Of a stretch of DNA of 64,000 bases, positions 48,863 through 57,367 are shown piece by piece; position 1 is the first letter of the stretch; each line of letters starts with the position of its first letter. Source of the stretch: an uncultured virus (IMG/VR IMGVR_UViG_3300011334_000503) (taxonomy: Duplodnaviria; Heunggongvirae; Uroviricota; Caudoviricetes); IMG/VR virus record IMGVR_UViG_3300011334_000503; one strand, written 5' to 3'. The position numbers and the translations under genes were made by a program. The notes under the pieces are model-generated. The model was not told the DNA's origin, made no database searches, and worked only from the letters and a program-made list of their open reading frames with translations.

Positions 48863-49819
48863 ATGAAAAATTTACGCTACATGTGTGCTCAGCCAAGACT
48901 AGTATACTACGCTTGGCAAGTAGAAGTTATGATCAATAACTTTATCAAGCACGGAATTAACCCAAACAACATAGATATCCTGGTCGCTTGGAATCCTAAC
49001 GACGATACTAGCAAGCCAGAAACAGTAGAGATGTGGAACAAATTAGCATCTCATTATAACACAGTAAGGTTCTTTTTTTATCAAGATACCAGAGAGCAAC
49101 CAATTCGCTACATATCTTCGATAAGACCAAATGTACTTAAGCAACATTTTAAAAAGCATCCAGAACTTCAGTACGAAGCAATATTCTACCACGATTGCGA
49201 TATAGCTTTCACTAAGAATCCAGACTTCTCTAAGTTTTTAGATGACGACATGTGGTACTTAAGCGATACCAATAGCTATATCAACTACGACTATATAATA
49301 TCTAAGGGACAAGACGTTTACGACAAGATGTGTGAAATAGTAAAGATGCCCAAGATGATTCCTAAGCTCATGAACGATCATTCTGGCGGAGCTCAATACA
49401 TACTTAAGAATATAGATTGGATGTTCTGGGATAAAGTAGAAACAGATTCTGAGAAGCTTTATTACGAGATATCTCAATTGAATAATCAAAAGAAAGCTTT
49501 AGATCCTAGTCACCATGAATTACAAATATGGTGTGCAGATATGTGGGCAGTTTTGTGGAACGGATGGATAAAAGGACACGAGACTCAAGTAGTAAAAGAA
49601 ATGGAATTTTGTTGGGGAACAGATTCTTTAAACCGATGGGAAGAGGTAACTATATATCATAACGCAGGAGTTACATGCTCTTGTGGAGGAAAGTTTTACA
49701 AAGCTAATTACAGGGATACCCTACCATATAATTTAAGTCTTCGAACAAAAGACGATAACTGTAGTCACTTATATTACCAAGAAATTAAAGAAGTAGAAAC
49801 TAAAACTTGTTTGCTATGA
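48863..49819 (+). CDS. Glycosyltransferase resembling peptidyl-Ser/Hyp O-glycosyltransferases (GT96/GT95-like)
   Basis: YYAWQVEVM, Y..SIRP..L...F, YHDCDI (DxD), GGAQY, WCADMWA. Confidence 0.6.
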   Translation: MKNLRYMCAQPRLVYYAWQVEVMINNFIKHGINPNNIDILVAWNPNDDTSKPETVEMWNKLASHYNTVRFFFYQDTREQPIRYISSIRPNVLKQHFKKHPELQYEAIFYHDCDIAFTKNPDFSKFLDDDMWYLSDTNSYINYDYIISKGQDVYDKMCEIVKMPKMIPKLMNDHSGGAQYILKNIDWMFWDKVETDSEKLYYEISQLNNQKKALDPSHHELQIWCADMWAVLWNGWIKGHETQVVKEMEFCWGTDSLNRWEEVTIYHNAGVTCSCGGKFYKANYRDTLPYNLSLRTKDDNCSHLYYQEIKEVETKTCLL

Positions 49820-50580
49820 AAAAAATAGGAATCGTTATATTGGCCACTAATGCTTACTTTGTTTTAGGAGTTAGATTTATTAAAAGATTTAATCACTTTT
49901 ACAAAGGAGATAGAAAAGTAAAGTTTTATTTCTTTTCGGACCAAGATCCAAAAGATTGTATATCTGAGGACATAGACGTAAGTTATCACTATGATAAGCA
50001 CGATAATTGGCAAGACGGAACTAACTCAAAATTCAAAAACATAGTAGTAATAAAAGAAGACTTAGATAAGGATTGCGATTACGTTTATTATTTTGATGCT
50101 GATACTAATATCCACAGAGATTTTACCGAAGACTGGTTTTTGGGAGATCTGGTTGGAGGAGAACACTACGGTAATCGAGATTGGTTGAAAAACGGAGCTG
50201 GATTCGATAGGAATCCTGAGTCTAAGGCTTACGTTCCGTTGGACAGTAAGCTGCCTTACACTTATCACTACGGAGCTTTCTTTGGCGGAAGAACTGATAT
50301 TGTTATTGATTTTTGTAACACTCTTATAGACTATCAGATAGAGGACAAGAAAATAGGATACGAACCGGGAGTTAACGACGAGAGTTATATAAACAAGTAC
50401 TTTCATTTTAATCCTCCAACGTACACAGTGCCTTGCGATAAGTTTGCTTTCGCAATAAGCGATAAGGGAGGAATAGGAGATACTAGATATCCTACGCTAA
50501 ACGTGTCAGAGATAAAAGATCAGATCTTACAATTGAAATACGATATTTTCGATATTAAAGAGGGAAAAGTCTATGAGTAA
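49816..50580 (+). CDS. GT6-family glycosyltransferase (ABO/alpha-1,3-Gal(NAc) transferase-like)
   Basis: KIGIVILAT..Y, YYFDAD, YHYGAFFGG, NDESYINKYF; ATGA overlap with upstream gene. Confidence 0.85.
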   Translation: MKKIGIVILATNAYFVLGVRFIKRFNHFYKGDRKVKFYFFSDQDPKDCISEDIDVSYHYDKHDNWQDGTNSKFKNIVVIKEDLDKDCDYVYYFDADTNIHRDFTEDWFLGDLVGGEHYGNRDWLKNGAGFDRNPESKAYVPLDSKLPYTYHYGAFFGGRTDIVIDFCNTLIDYQIEDKKIGYEPGVNDESYINKYFHFNPPTYTVPCDKFAFAISDKGGIGDTRYPTLNVSEIKDQILQLKYDIFDIKEGKVYE

Positions 50581-51427
50581 AGTAATAATATACACGACTC
50601 ACTATATAAAACCAGAGTTCATAAAATTACAATACGAGCAGTTTAAAAAGTATTGTAAAGACAATTACGAACTGGTGATAGTTAACAACGGAAAAGACAC
50701 CGAGTTAGAAGATCAAATAAGAGACGCGTCGTCTTCGCTAGGATTAAGATGTATAGACTTTGAAAAACGAAAAGACGTTCCGTTGTTTTGTTCTCAGCAT
50801 CACACAGTTTGTTTAGAAAATATTTTAAAAAATCACATAAAAAAAGACGATCCACAAAACTTAACCGTAATTACAGACAATGACGTTTTTCCGTTTAGAC
50901 CGTTCAGCTTCTTAGAAATTATAAATGGAAAAAAAGTTGGAGGTATGTATCAACAAAGAAATTATCATGGAATAGAACATGAGTACGTAGCCTCTATATT
51001 CATGATGTTTTATAATGACGTAGATATGTCTGATTTTAGTTTTCATAATGGAGTTGGAGATACAGGTTGCGGAACTTTTACGCTTCTAAAAAAGTATGAT
51101 ACAGAATATGTAAAACACACTGCCGCGATAGATACAGAAAAAGATTACATATTCACAGATAACAATAGACAATTTCCCTATTTAGAAAAGTATAGGTGTC
51201 AATTTATACATAATTGCTTTATACACTACTATCGAGGATCTAACTGGTCAGAATCCGATCCTAATTACCATGAAGAGAAAATGAATTTTTTATTATCCTT
51301 TTTAAATGATAAAAATAGTTATGGAATAAATTTAGACAGTAATGTATGCTATGGTACCGCGCATTCTGATAAAGGATATAATGGAGTAGATCATAACTAT
51401 AGAAATTATAAATTTGTAACAAAGTAG
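50573..51427 (+). CDS. GT-A fold glycosyltransferase-like protein
   Basis: ELVIVNN, ITDNDVFP (DxD), GDTG, HYYRGSNW. Confidence 0.6.
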   Translation: MSKVIIYTTHYIKPEFIKLQYEQFKKYCKDNYELVIVNNGKDTELEDQIRDASSSLGLRCIDFEKRKDVPLFCSQHHTVCLENILKNHIKKDDPQNLTVITDNDVFPFRPFSFLEIINGKKVGGMYQQRNYHGIEHEYVASIFMMFYNDVDMSDFSFHNGVGDTGCGTFTLLKKYDTEYVKHTAAIDTEKDYIFTDNNRQFPYLEKYRCQFIHNCFIHYYRGSNWSESDPNYHEEKMNFLLSFLNDKNSYGINLDSNVCYGTAHSDKGYNGVDHNYRNYKFVTK

Positions 51428-51440
51428 TATTTATTAGTAC

Positions 51441-51743
51441 ATGCCAATAGCTTATTCCCCATACACGATGTCATTTCAAGCTCAGACTACAATATACCAA
51501 AACGAGGTTCGGTGTCATGTAAATGAGAACGATTTTAATTATACTCAGAATCCAAGCGCAACTATTTCTGGATCCTTTGGACAATACGAAAACGGTATCA
51601 CAGGATCAGACTTTAAGCCTTATGCGACTACAGTTGGATTGTACAACGATAAAAACGAATTGATAGTAGTAGGAAAACTTTCTACACCTTACCCAATTCC
51701 TTCAAACACAGACATCACATTTGTTATTAAGTGGGATAGCTAA
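51441..51743 (+). CDS. Stand-alone tail-collar-like domain, paralogous to C-terminus of 46119..47150
   Basis: FNYTQNPS...YATTVGLYNDKNELIVVGKLSTP...IKWD. Confidence 0.75.
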   Translation: MPIAYSPYTMSFQAQTTIYQNEVRCHVNENDFNYTQNPSATISGSFGQYENGITGSDFKPYATTVGLYNDKNELIVVGKLSTPYPIPSNTDITFVIKWDS

Positions 51744-51764
51744 TATTTATACCAAATAGGTTTA

Positions 51765-52244
51765 ATGAATTGGTTATACGAAAATAAAGAAATGAAACAG
51801 TTATCGGATTTCCCAGAAAACTGTGTTGGTTTTGTCTACGTTATTAAGAACAAAGAGAACGGTAGGATCTACGTAGGTAAAAAGATTCTACACAATAACC
51901 TCACAAAGAAACTTACTAAAAAAGAGATAGAAGCTTGGATAAAACCTGGTAGAGTACCAAAGAAAAGAAAAGAAGTAAAGGAAAGCAATTGGCAATCCTA
52001 CTACGGAAGTTCCAAGACCCTGCTCGAAGACATTACCAAACTTGGTAAAGAGGGATTCGAAAGACAAGTACTAAGACCTTGCTATACCAAAAAAGAGTTA
52101 AGCTACTACGAAGTTTATTATCAAATAAAGATGGAAGTTTTACACATAGATTCTTATAATGAGAATATAGGCGGTAAGTTCTTCCGTAAGGATACAGGCC
52201 AGATCCTAGAACAGTCCCAAGATAATTCCGGGACTGCTGGATAG
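51765..52244 (+). CDS. GIY-YIG family endonuclease (Seg-like)
   Basis: GFVYVI.N..NGRIYVGKK, YYGSS, YNENI. Confidence 0.8.
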   Translation: MNWLYENKEMKQLSDFPENCVGFVYVIKNKENGRIYVGKKILHNNLTKKLTKKEIEAWIKPGRVPKKRKEVKESNWQSYYGSSKTLLEDITKLGKEGFERQVLRPCYTKKELSYYEVYYQIKMEVLHIDSYNENIGGKFFRKDTGQILEQSQDNSGTAG

Positions 52245-52262
52245 ATCAAAATCTATAGGACA

Positions 52263-53255
52263 TTAATACATTAACTCCCTCTGAACTATCTTGTCCAAGA
52301 AGTCAGGATGATTACTAAGATTAAATTTAGAATCAAATATCCAAGTATAAGGGATGTTTTTAGTGGGTCTTTTTTCTCCATGCGATATTGCGATGTGTTT
52401 CCAAAAGAAACAGGTTTTATCTTCTACGTTCAAGTACTTCTGACTTGTCATCGGATTAGAAGGGTGATTAACTAGGGTGGCCATCTGATCTAGCCACATA
52501 TCTGCTTGTTTGTTTTCAGGTATAAAGTCTCCGCTCTCGTTAATAGTGTACTTCACCTTACCGTTTAGGTTCTGTCCTCCAAACACTTGATGCAGACCAT
52601 CGAAGTGACCAGTGCCACCAAAAAGAATAGACTCTGGATTAACTAAGTGAGGATAACTCATTGCGATGTATCTTGCAGTATTTTTGCAAGGATACAGCGG
52701 ACTTCTAAAGTTTTGGTGTTCCTTAAAGTACTTCTCAAGAATCTTTGCAAATCCCATCATTGAGTAAGGAGTGCCTCTCTTTTCGGCTTCGTCAAGAACG
52801 TACGCAAGATCCTTAGCAGCTTTTCTTGGTCCTTCTAAAAGCCAATCCTTAACGTTAGTTCCCTTAGGATAATATATCTGAAACAGATCGTTTCTAGCGT
52901 GTCTGTTCTCAACAAAGAATTCCCTTGTCGCGTCCTTACCCTCTGTCATTAATTTTGTTAGAGTTCCCCAATGTTCGTTAGAGAAAGAGAAAACAAGGGT
53001 ATAGTACATCCTTAGTTCGTTATCTGTAACAGATTGCATAAGATCACAGTAAGGATGCTCGTGCCAGTGAAGGCGATGAGAGAATATCTGATACTCGTCC
53101 TTCAATAGATCGTCTTGCCTATCGTCGAACTTCTTACAGAACTCAAAGAACTTATCGATCCTTTGATCTAGAGTCCAATCCCTCATCCAAGAGTCTTTTG
53201 GTTTTTTACCTTTGAATTCTACTTCGCACGTATTTGTGTAAACTATTTGGCTCAT
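52263..53255 (-). CDS. Putative DNA base-modification protein (aGPT-PPlase/amino acid:DNA transferase-like), paralogue 2
   Basis: C-terminal NVEDKTC and FGGTG, shared pattern with the neighbour; family call is tentative. Confidence 0.35.
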   Translation of the reverse strand: MSQIVYTNTCEVEFKGKKPKDSWMRDWTLDQRIDKFFEFCKKFDDRQDDLLKDEYQIFSHRLHWHEHPYCDLMQSVTDNELRMYYTLVFSFSNEHWGTLTKLMTEGKDATREFFVENRHARNDLFQIYYPKGTNVKDWLLEGPRKAAKDLAYVLDEAEKRGTPYSMMGFAKILEKYFKEHQNFRSPLYPCKNTARYIAMSYPHLVNPESILFGGTGHFDGLHQVFGGQNLNGKVKYTINESGDFIPENKQADMWLDQMATLVNHPSNPMTSQKYLNVEDKTCFFWKHIAISHGEKRPTKNIPYTWIFDSKFNLSNHPDFLDKIVQRELMY

Positions 53256-54427
53256 AATGTGTAAAGTGCTTTTACTTTTTCTTTGTATTGTTGTTCTGTC
53301 ATGTTAACAGCTTTGATAATTTTATCATCTGATGGGTGATCCTTAATTCCGTTAAAAGAAGGAATTAGATTAAGATCAAGCATTGCCTTCTGACGACCGT
53401 ATGGATGATCCTTTATTGTAGAACTGTTCCACACGTGGTCGAAATCAAGGTGATCGTAATCAGAACCAGGTTTTACGTAGTTCTCAATCCACCTAATGAA
53501 GTCACATGCAACGTCCTCCATGTTGTACGGGACTTCGCCAGTGTCTTCGTATACTTTTTGCATAACAGAATCTAAGAAAGTGATTTCATCCATCTTGATA
53601 GACTTCTTAGCTAAGTAACTGATACACTCTTTGGCGTTGGTACCGTAATAGAATACCGACTCTCGGTTTACAAAATCAGGGAACCAGTCAGCGACATCAG
53701 CAATGAATGCTGCGTACTGAAACTTGTAAGCTCTAAGACCGTTATCCTTGTTCCAAGCAAACATGAAGTCACCGATTTCCCTAAGATTCTTTTTAGGTCC
53801 TGTCTCTAAGAATGTGGCTACTGCTTCAGATAGTTGTGGTAAGAATTCACACATAAAATAATCTCCACCTCTCTTGTACTTGCCTTGTGGTTTTGGAAAG
53901 CTAGGAAACTGGTATCCTACTGATGTGTAGAAAGGTCGCCAAGCCCCTTTGATGATATCAACCATCTGTGGAATGTTATCTGCCTGATGCATCTCAAACA
54001 AAAGTGTGTTGTGATAACCAGAAGGCTTCTTAGCGTAGTTAATACCTGATCCTGTAAGACGGTGAAACAAAAGTAGATAGATCCACTCTTTAAGACCAAA
54101 CACTTGCTGCTTACCAGTCCAGTTCTTCGCTACAGTTTCTCTCTGTTTAAAACAGAGTCCCTGCTCCATCTTTTTCCAATAAGGATGATCTTCTGTCCAT
54201 CCGTAAAACACGTCGTTAACGATCTGAGAGAATCCAGCATACTTGCGTTCTACTACATCGTAGAGTTCAACGTGAAGCATAAGATCATCTTCGATGCCGC
54301 ATGTAGCGTGCTTTTCTATTCCTAGATTACAAAGTTCTTGTTGCTTTTTTGCTAGAGTGTAATAGTAAATAAACTCTTCGTAATACCTTGTGGGTTGTAT
54401 CCACTTTGACGATGGTGTAGTACTCAT
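53252..54427 (-). CDS. Putative DNA base-modification protein (aGPT-PPlase/amino acid:DNA transferase-like), paralogue 1
   Basis: LYDVVERKY, AFIADVADW, YYGTNA, NMEDVACDFIRW; family call is tentative. Confidence 0.4.
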   Translation of the reverse strand: MSTTPSSKWIQPTRYYEEFIYYYTLAKKQQELCNLGIEKHATCGIEDDLMLHVELYDVVERKYAGFSQIVNDVFYGWTEDHPYWKKMEQGLCFKQRETVAKNWTGKQQVFGLKEWIYLLLFHRLTGSGINYAKKPSGYHNTLLFEMHQADNIPQMVDIIKGAWRPFYTSVGYQFPSFPKPQGKYKRGGDYFMCEFLPQLSEAVATFLETGPKKNLREIGDFMFAWNKDNGLRAYKFQYAAFIADVADWFPDFVNRESVFYYGTNAKECISYLAKKSIKMDEITFLDSVMQKVYEDTGEVPYNMEDVACDFIRWIENYVKPGSDYDHLDFDHVWNSSTIKDHPYGRQKAMLDLNLIPSFNGIKDHPSDDKIIKAVNMTEQQYKEKVKALYTL

Positions 54428-54434
54428 TAAAAAC

Positions 54435-55235
54435 TTAATTGTGTGATTGTTGACTAATATAAATATCGTTAGCTGATAAATTTCTTGCTTTTATTCGATC
54501 GAATACAGCGCTAACCTGCTGAGTATAGAAGTTCTCGTCTGATACTAGCGGAGCCTCTTCGTTAACCCATTCTTCCTTAGCGTGACCGAATCCCATGATC
54601 TTGATGTACCTGTGGCCTCTCTGATTCGAAGCGATAGACTTTACTTTCTCCGTAGCTTCCAACTGAGTCCTTGCCATAACGCAACAAGCGTAATCCCTAC
54701 ACACGTTCCAATTGTTAATGATAAGCCTTTCATCTTCGTAGTGTAGGTAGTATACGAGCATTGGTACGTATTCGCTAGACTCTCTCTTTTCCCTTTCCAT
54801 TTCGGCTCTTGCCCAATCAACGTACCAGTTAAGAACGTGGTCATCTACTTGGGTATCGTACTGAAACAATTGAAAGACTTTCCAAGAATCTAGCGCGTAC
54901 TTACCCACGCCGTACATTTTTTCTAATTCAAATAATGGAATCTCAGCAGAATCGTACTTTCTAACTAGCTCTATCCACTGCATAGAGAACGTCTTCCACG
55001 CTTTGGCCCGTTTGTTATAGAATCCTAAGATCTTGATCATCTTAGCGATCTCTGAGTCCTCTGCTAACACTAGCTTTTCTGGAGTTGGGAACCTCTCAAA
55101 GAATTCGTGACGAATCTGGTCTACTTGTTTGTGACTTGTTTGATTGAGCATGAAGCATACCATTAACATTTTCCATGGGTCTTCGCGATACTCTTCTTGA
55201 CGTGTCTCGTAGGGAGAGGTTGGTAGTTTGTACAT
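54435..55235 (-). CDS. HhH-GPD DNA glycosylase (MBD4-like) with C-terminal extension
   Basis: QE..REDPWKML..CFMLNQTS, LGFYNKRA, GVGKYALDS..VF, DDHVL..Y. Confidence 0.85.
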   Translation of the reverse strand: MYKLPTSPYETRQEEYREDPWKMLMVCFMLNQTSHKQVDQIRHEFFERFPTPEKLVLAEDSEIAKMIKILGFYNKRAKAWKTFSMQWIELVRKYDSAEIPLFELEKMYGVGKYALDSWKVFQLFQYDTQVDDHVLNWYVDWARAEMEREKRESSEYVPMLVYYLHYEDERLIINNWNVCRDYACCVMARTQLEATEKVKSIASNQRGHRYIKIMGFGHAKEEWVNEEAPLVSDENFYTQQVSAVFDRIKARNLSANDIYISQQSHN

Positions 55236-55294
55236 AACTTTGATTTAAGTAAATGTACTAATAAAGATCGAAATAAAAAAAATTAAATTAGCAG

Positions 55295-55936
55295 TTAACC
55301 TACTCTATTAACGGTAACTATTAAAGATGGAACTTCTGGACCTCCTCCAAGACCTGCGGAAGCTGATACAAATGCGTTATTAGAAGCTCCGACCACTGAC
55401 CACATTATTTGATAGTAGTCGTTAGGAGCAGCTGACACAAACCAGTTCCATGCAGGTGTAGCCACATCGTTGGATCCTCCTGCTAAGGTAACACCTGTGT
55501 TAGACCAAGGAACATCGATATTATTTTTCCTGATCCAAATGTAAACGTTTGATGTAGTTCCAGTAGACTTAGCTAGCTGAGCTGAGAATTGAATATCGTA
55601 AAACCCTCCGCTAGCGAATTTGATTTTATCAAACGTAGATCCAGAAATAGAGATCCCAGAAGAGAAGTCAGTTGTGTTAAGGGACATCGTAGCTGGAGTA
55701 GATAAAGCGCCTGCTATAATATTCTGAGTGTGATAGAAAGATCCGTAATAAGAGGTCGGAGCAAAAGATCCGGTCTGACTAGGTAGTATCACCGAAGAGG
55801 ATATCTGATTGAATACGGTAGATCCCAGGTTTTGGACTGTGGTTTTTTTCGTAACTCCTCCGTTAACTATTGGAAAAACGTCAGCGGCTAAAGGGATTGC
55901 AAGTGCTGGCAGTCCTGATATCGGTAAATCTGGCAT
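55295..55936 (-). CDS. Virion fibre/decoration-like protein
   Basis: MPDLPISGLP...FPIVNGGVTKKT leader; beta-rich body; TGS/SGS/SAS motifs. Confidence 0.55.
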   Translation of the reverse strand: MPDLPISGLPALAIPLAADVFPIVNGGVTKKTTVQNLGSTVFNQISSSVILPSQTGSFAPTSYYGSFYHTQNIIAGALSTPATMSLNTTDFSSGISISGSTFDKIKFASGGFYDIQFSAQLAKSTGTTSNVYIWIRKNNIDVPWSNTGVTLAGGSNDVATPAWNWFVSAAPNDYYQIMWSVVGASNNAFVSASAGLGGGPEVPSLIVTVNRVG

Positions 55937-55940
55937 AGGT

Positions 55941-56207
55941 TTAAATTTCTACTGTTACGTATATTCTTGATCCGTCTTCTTGTAAAACGTAAAATAAGTT
56001 TTCTTGTTGTAGGAATCCCTCGTTTACTATTTCTTTCGCTCTTACGTTTCCTCCACCACCTCTAGCGCAATTAACATTCTGCACCATCCACTCGTTCATT
56101 TCGCACACATAATAGTTATAACGCCTAGTCTGCTCAGTAAGCGACATTATTTTTATGTGAGGAAGAGAGATATACTCTTTCCAACTGTATACGTAAGGCA
56201 TTTCCAT
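55941..56207 (-). CDS. Hypothetical protein
   Basis: Start re-called to ATG 56207 (MEMPYVYSW) after ATATTTAT; the longer ORF-track version overlaps tRNA-Leu. Confidence 0.6.
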   Translation of the reverse strand: MEMPYVYSWKEYISLPHIKIMSLTEQTRRYNYYVCEMNEWMVQNVNCARGGGGNVRAKEIVNEGFLQQENLFYVLQEDGSRIYVTVEI

Positions 56208-56236
56208 ACTGCTATAAATATGTGAAAATGTAATTG

Positions 56237-56321
56237 TGCCCCAGACGGGAATCGAACCCGTACTCGCTTTCAGCGAACAAGATTTTAAGTCTTGCGTGTC
56301 TACCGGTTCCACCACCGGGGC
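56237..56321 (-). tRNA. tRNA-Leu(TAA)
   Basis: GCCCCGG acceptor, CAAGA-CTTAAAA-TCTTG anticodon arm, long variable arm, GTTCGATTC; CCA not encoded. Confidence 0.92.
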
Positions 56322-56442
56322 TGGTCGGGTCTCTCCCCGTGTGTCACTTGCTGAGATCATTACCGGCGGCCGCACTGTACATAACCTAGACAAGTTGTAC
56401 AGATTCTCCATTTAGGGCTCTCTTTAAGTTACTTTCCCCTCG

Positions 56443-56524
56443 TAGTCAGAGTAGGATTCGAACCTACAACGCACAACCATTCTTCAGGATGAGATGCCGT
56501 TTTCCCATTACGTGCTACCTGACT
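56443..56524 (-). ncRNA. tRNA-like RNA without canonical anticodon arm
   Basis: AGTCAGG/TCTGACT acceptor and GTAGG-TTCGAAT-CCTAC T arm intact. Confidence 0.6.
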
Positions 56525-56581
56525 ATAAGAGTGCAGTGAGATCTAGATTCTCTGCGGCTACTGCACATTTTATCCGCTTTG

Positions 56582-56647
56582 TAGTCAGGGTGGGATTCGA
56601 ACCCACAACGGAAACTATCGCAACCGCTTTTCTTAAGCTACCCGACT
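56582..56647 (-). ncRNA. Minimal 66-nt tRNA-like RNA
   Basis: AGTCGGG/CCTGACT acceptor, GCTT/AAGC D stem, GTGGG-TTCGAAT-CCCAC T arm; anticodon arm collapsed. Confidence 0.6.
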
Positions 56648-56943
56648 ATTTAGGAAAGCAGAAGATGGGTGCGTAGACATCTGCTTTTACGATTGGCGTT
56701 ACTTCGGTTTCTACACCTCCTCGCTTACATTCCAACTTTTTAATGAAGGTGTAAGGTTTCCCAATCAACCTAATTTGCAATCCTATTCCCCAGTGGAATT
56801 GCTTTACACTGCTGACTAACGATTCAGAGGAGTAGTGTGCTTCGTAATCCTTTTCGATACTATCTCAAGGCAATTAGAGAGGCATTCCTGAGTTTTCGAT
56901 CCCGTGGCCTGCGGGCTAGTTTCGTAGACTCACTGTGTTCAGG

Positions 56944-57100
56944 CTGTCAGGGAAGGATTCGAACCTTCATGCTGTGATTCGGTAGTGGACAAAATAGCCG
57001 GCTTTGTGGTCAACCCATATCCCGTCTACCTTTTTCAGATTCAGCGCCCTCGAGACAAGAGGGTGTGTATGCCGTTGCGTACGCTTTTCACCACCTGACA
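56944..57100 (-). tRNA. Oversized (157 nt) tRNA-Asp(GTC)-like RNA
   Basis: TGTCAGG/CCTGACA acceptor plus G73, CCCTC-TTGTCTC-GAGGG arm, GAAGG-TTCGAAT-CCTTC T arm; very long variable region. Confidence 0.65.
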
Positions 57101-57105
57101 ATTTG

Positions 57106-57187
57106 TGCCCCATATCGGACTCGAACCGATACACCGTAAGGAACTAGATCCTAAGTCTAGCGCGTCTACCAATTTCGCCAACGGGGC
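57106..57187 (-). tRNA. tRNA-Leu(TAG)
   Basis: CTAGA-CTTAGGA-TCTAG anticodon arm; canonical D and T arms. Confidence 0.92.
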
Positions 57188-57195
57188 ATTCTCTG

Positions 57196-57269
57196 TGGAC
57201 CTTGTAGGACTTGAACCTACGACCCCCTGATTATGAGTCAGATGCTCTAACCAACTGAGCTAAAAGTCC
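57196..57269 (-). tRNA. tRNA with CAT anticodon (Ile2-like or Met)
   Basis: GGACTTTTAGCTCAGTTGGTTAGAGCA..CTCATAATC resembles bacterial tRNA-Ile2. Confidence 0.88.
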
Positions 57270-57289
57270 GTTATCTGTTAGATAGGATG

Positions 57290-57297
57290 TAAATATA
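57290..57297 (-). promoter_or_regulatory. Host-type -7 promoter box for the tRNA/ncRNA cluster
   Basis: TATATTTA(C) about 20 nt upstream of first tRNA. Confidence 0.5.
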
Positions 57298-57313
57298 CGA
57301 CAATAATATCAAT

Positions 57314-57345
57314 AAAAAACCCCTAACTTTTCAGTAGGGGCTTTT
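57314..57345. terminator. Probable intrinsic (possibly bidirectional) terminator
   Basis: CCCCTA/TAGGGG stem flanked by A-run and T-run. Confidence 0.7.
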
Positions 57346-57367
57346 CTTTTTTATCTTTACGTTCTTA

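Noticed and set aside
55941..56411. 156-aa ORF as given in the ORF track
   Set aside because: Its 5' half overlaps tRNA-Leu(TAA); the real start is probably ATG 56207
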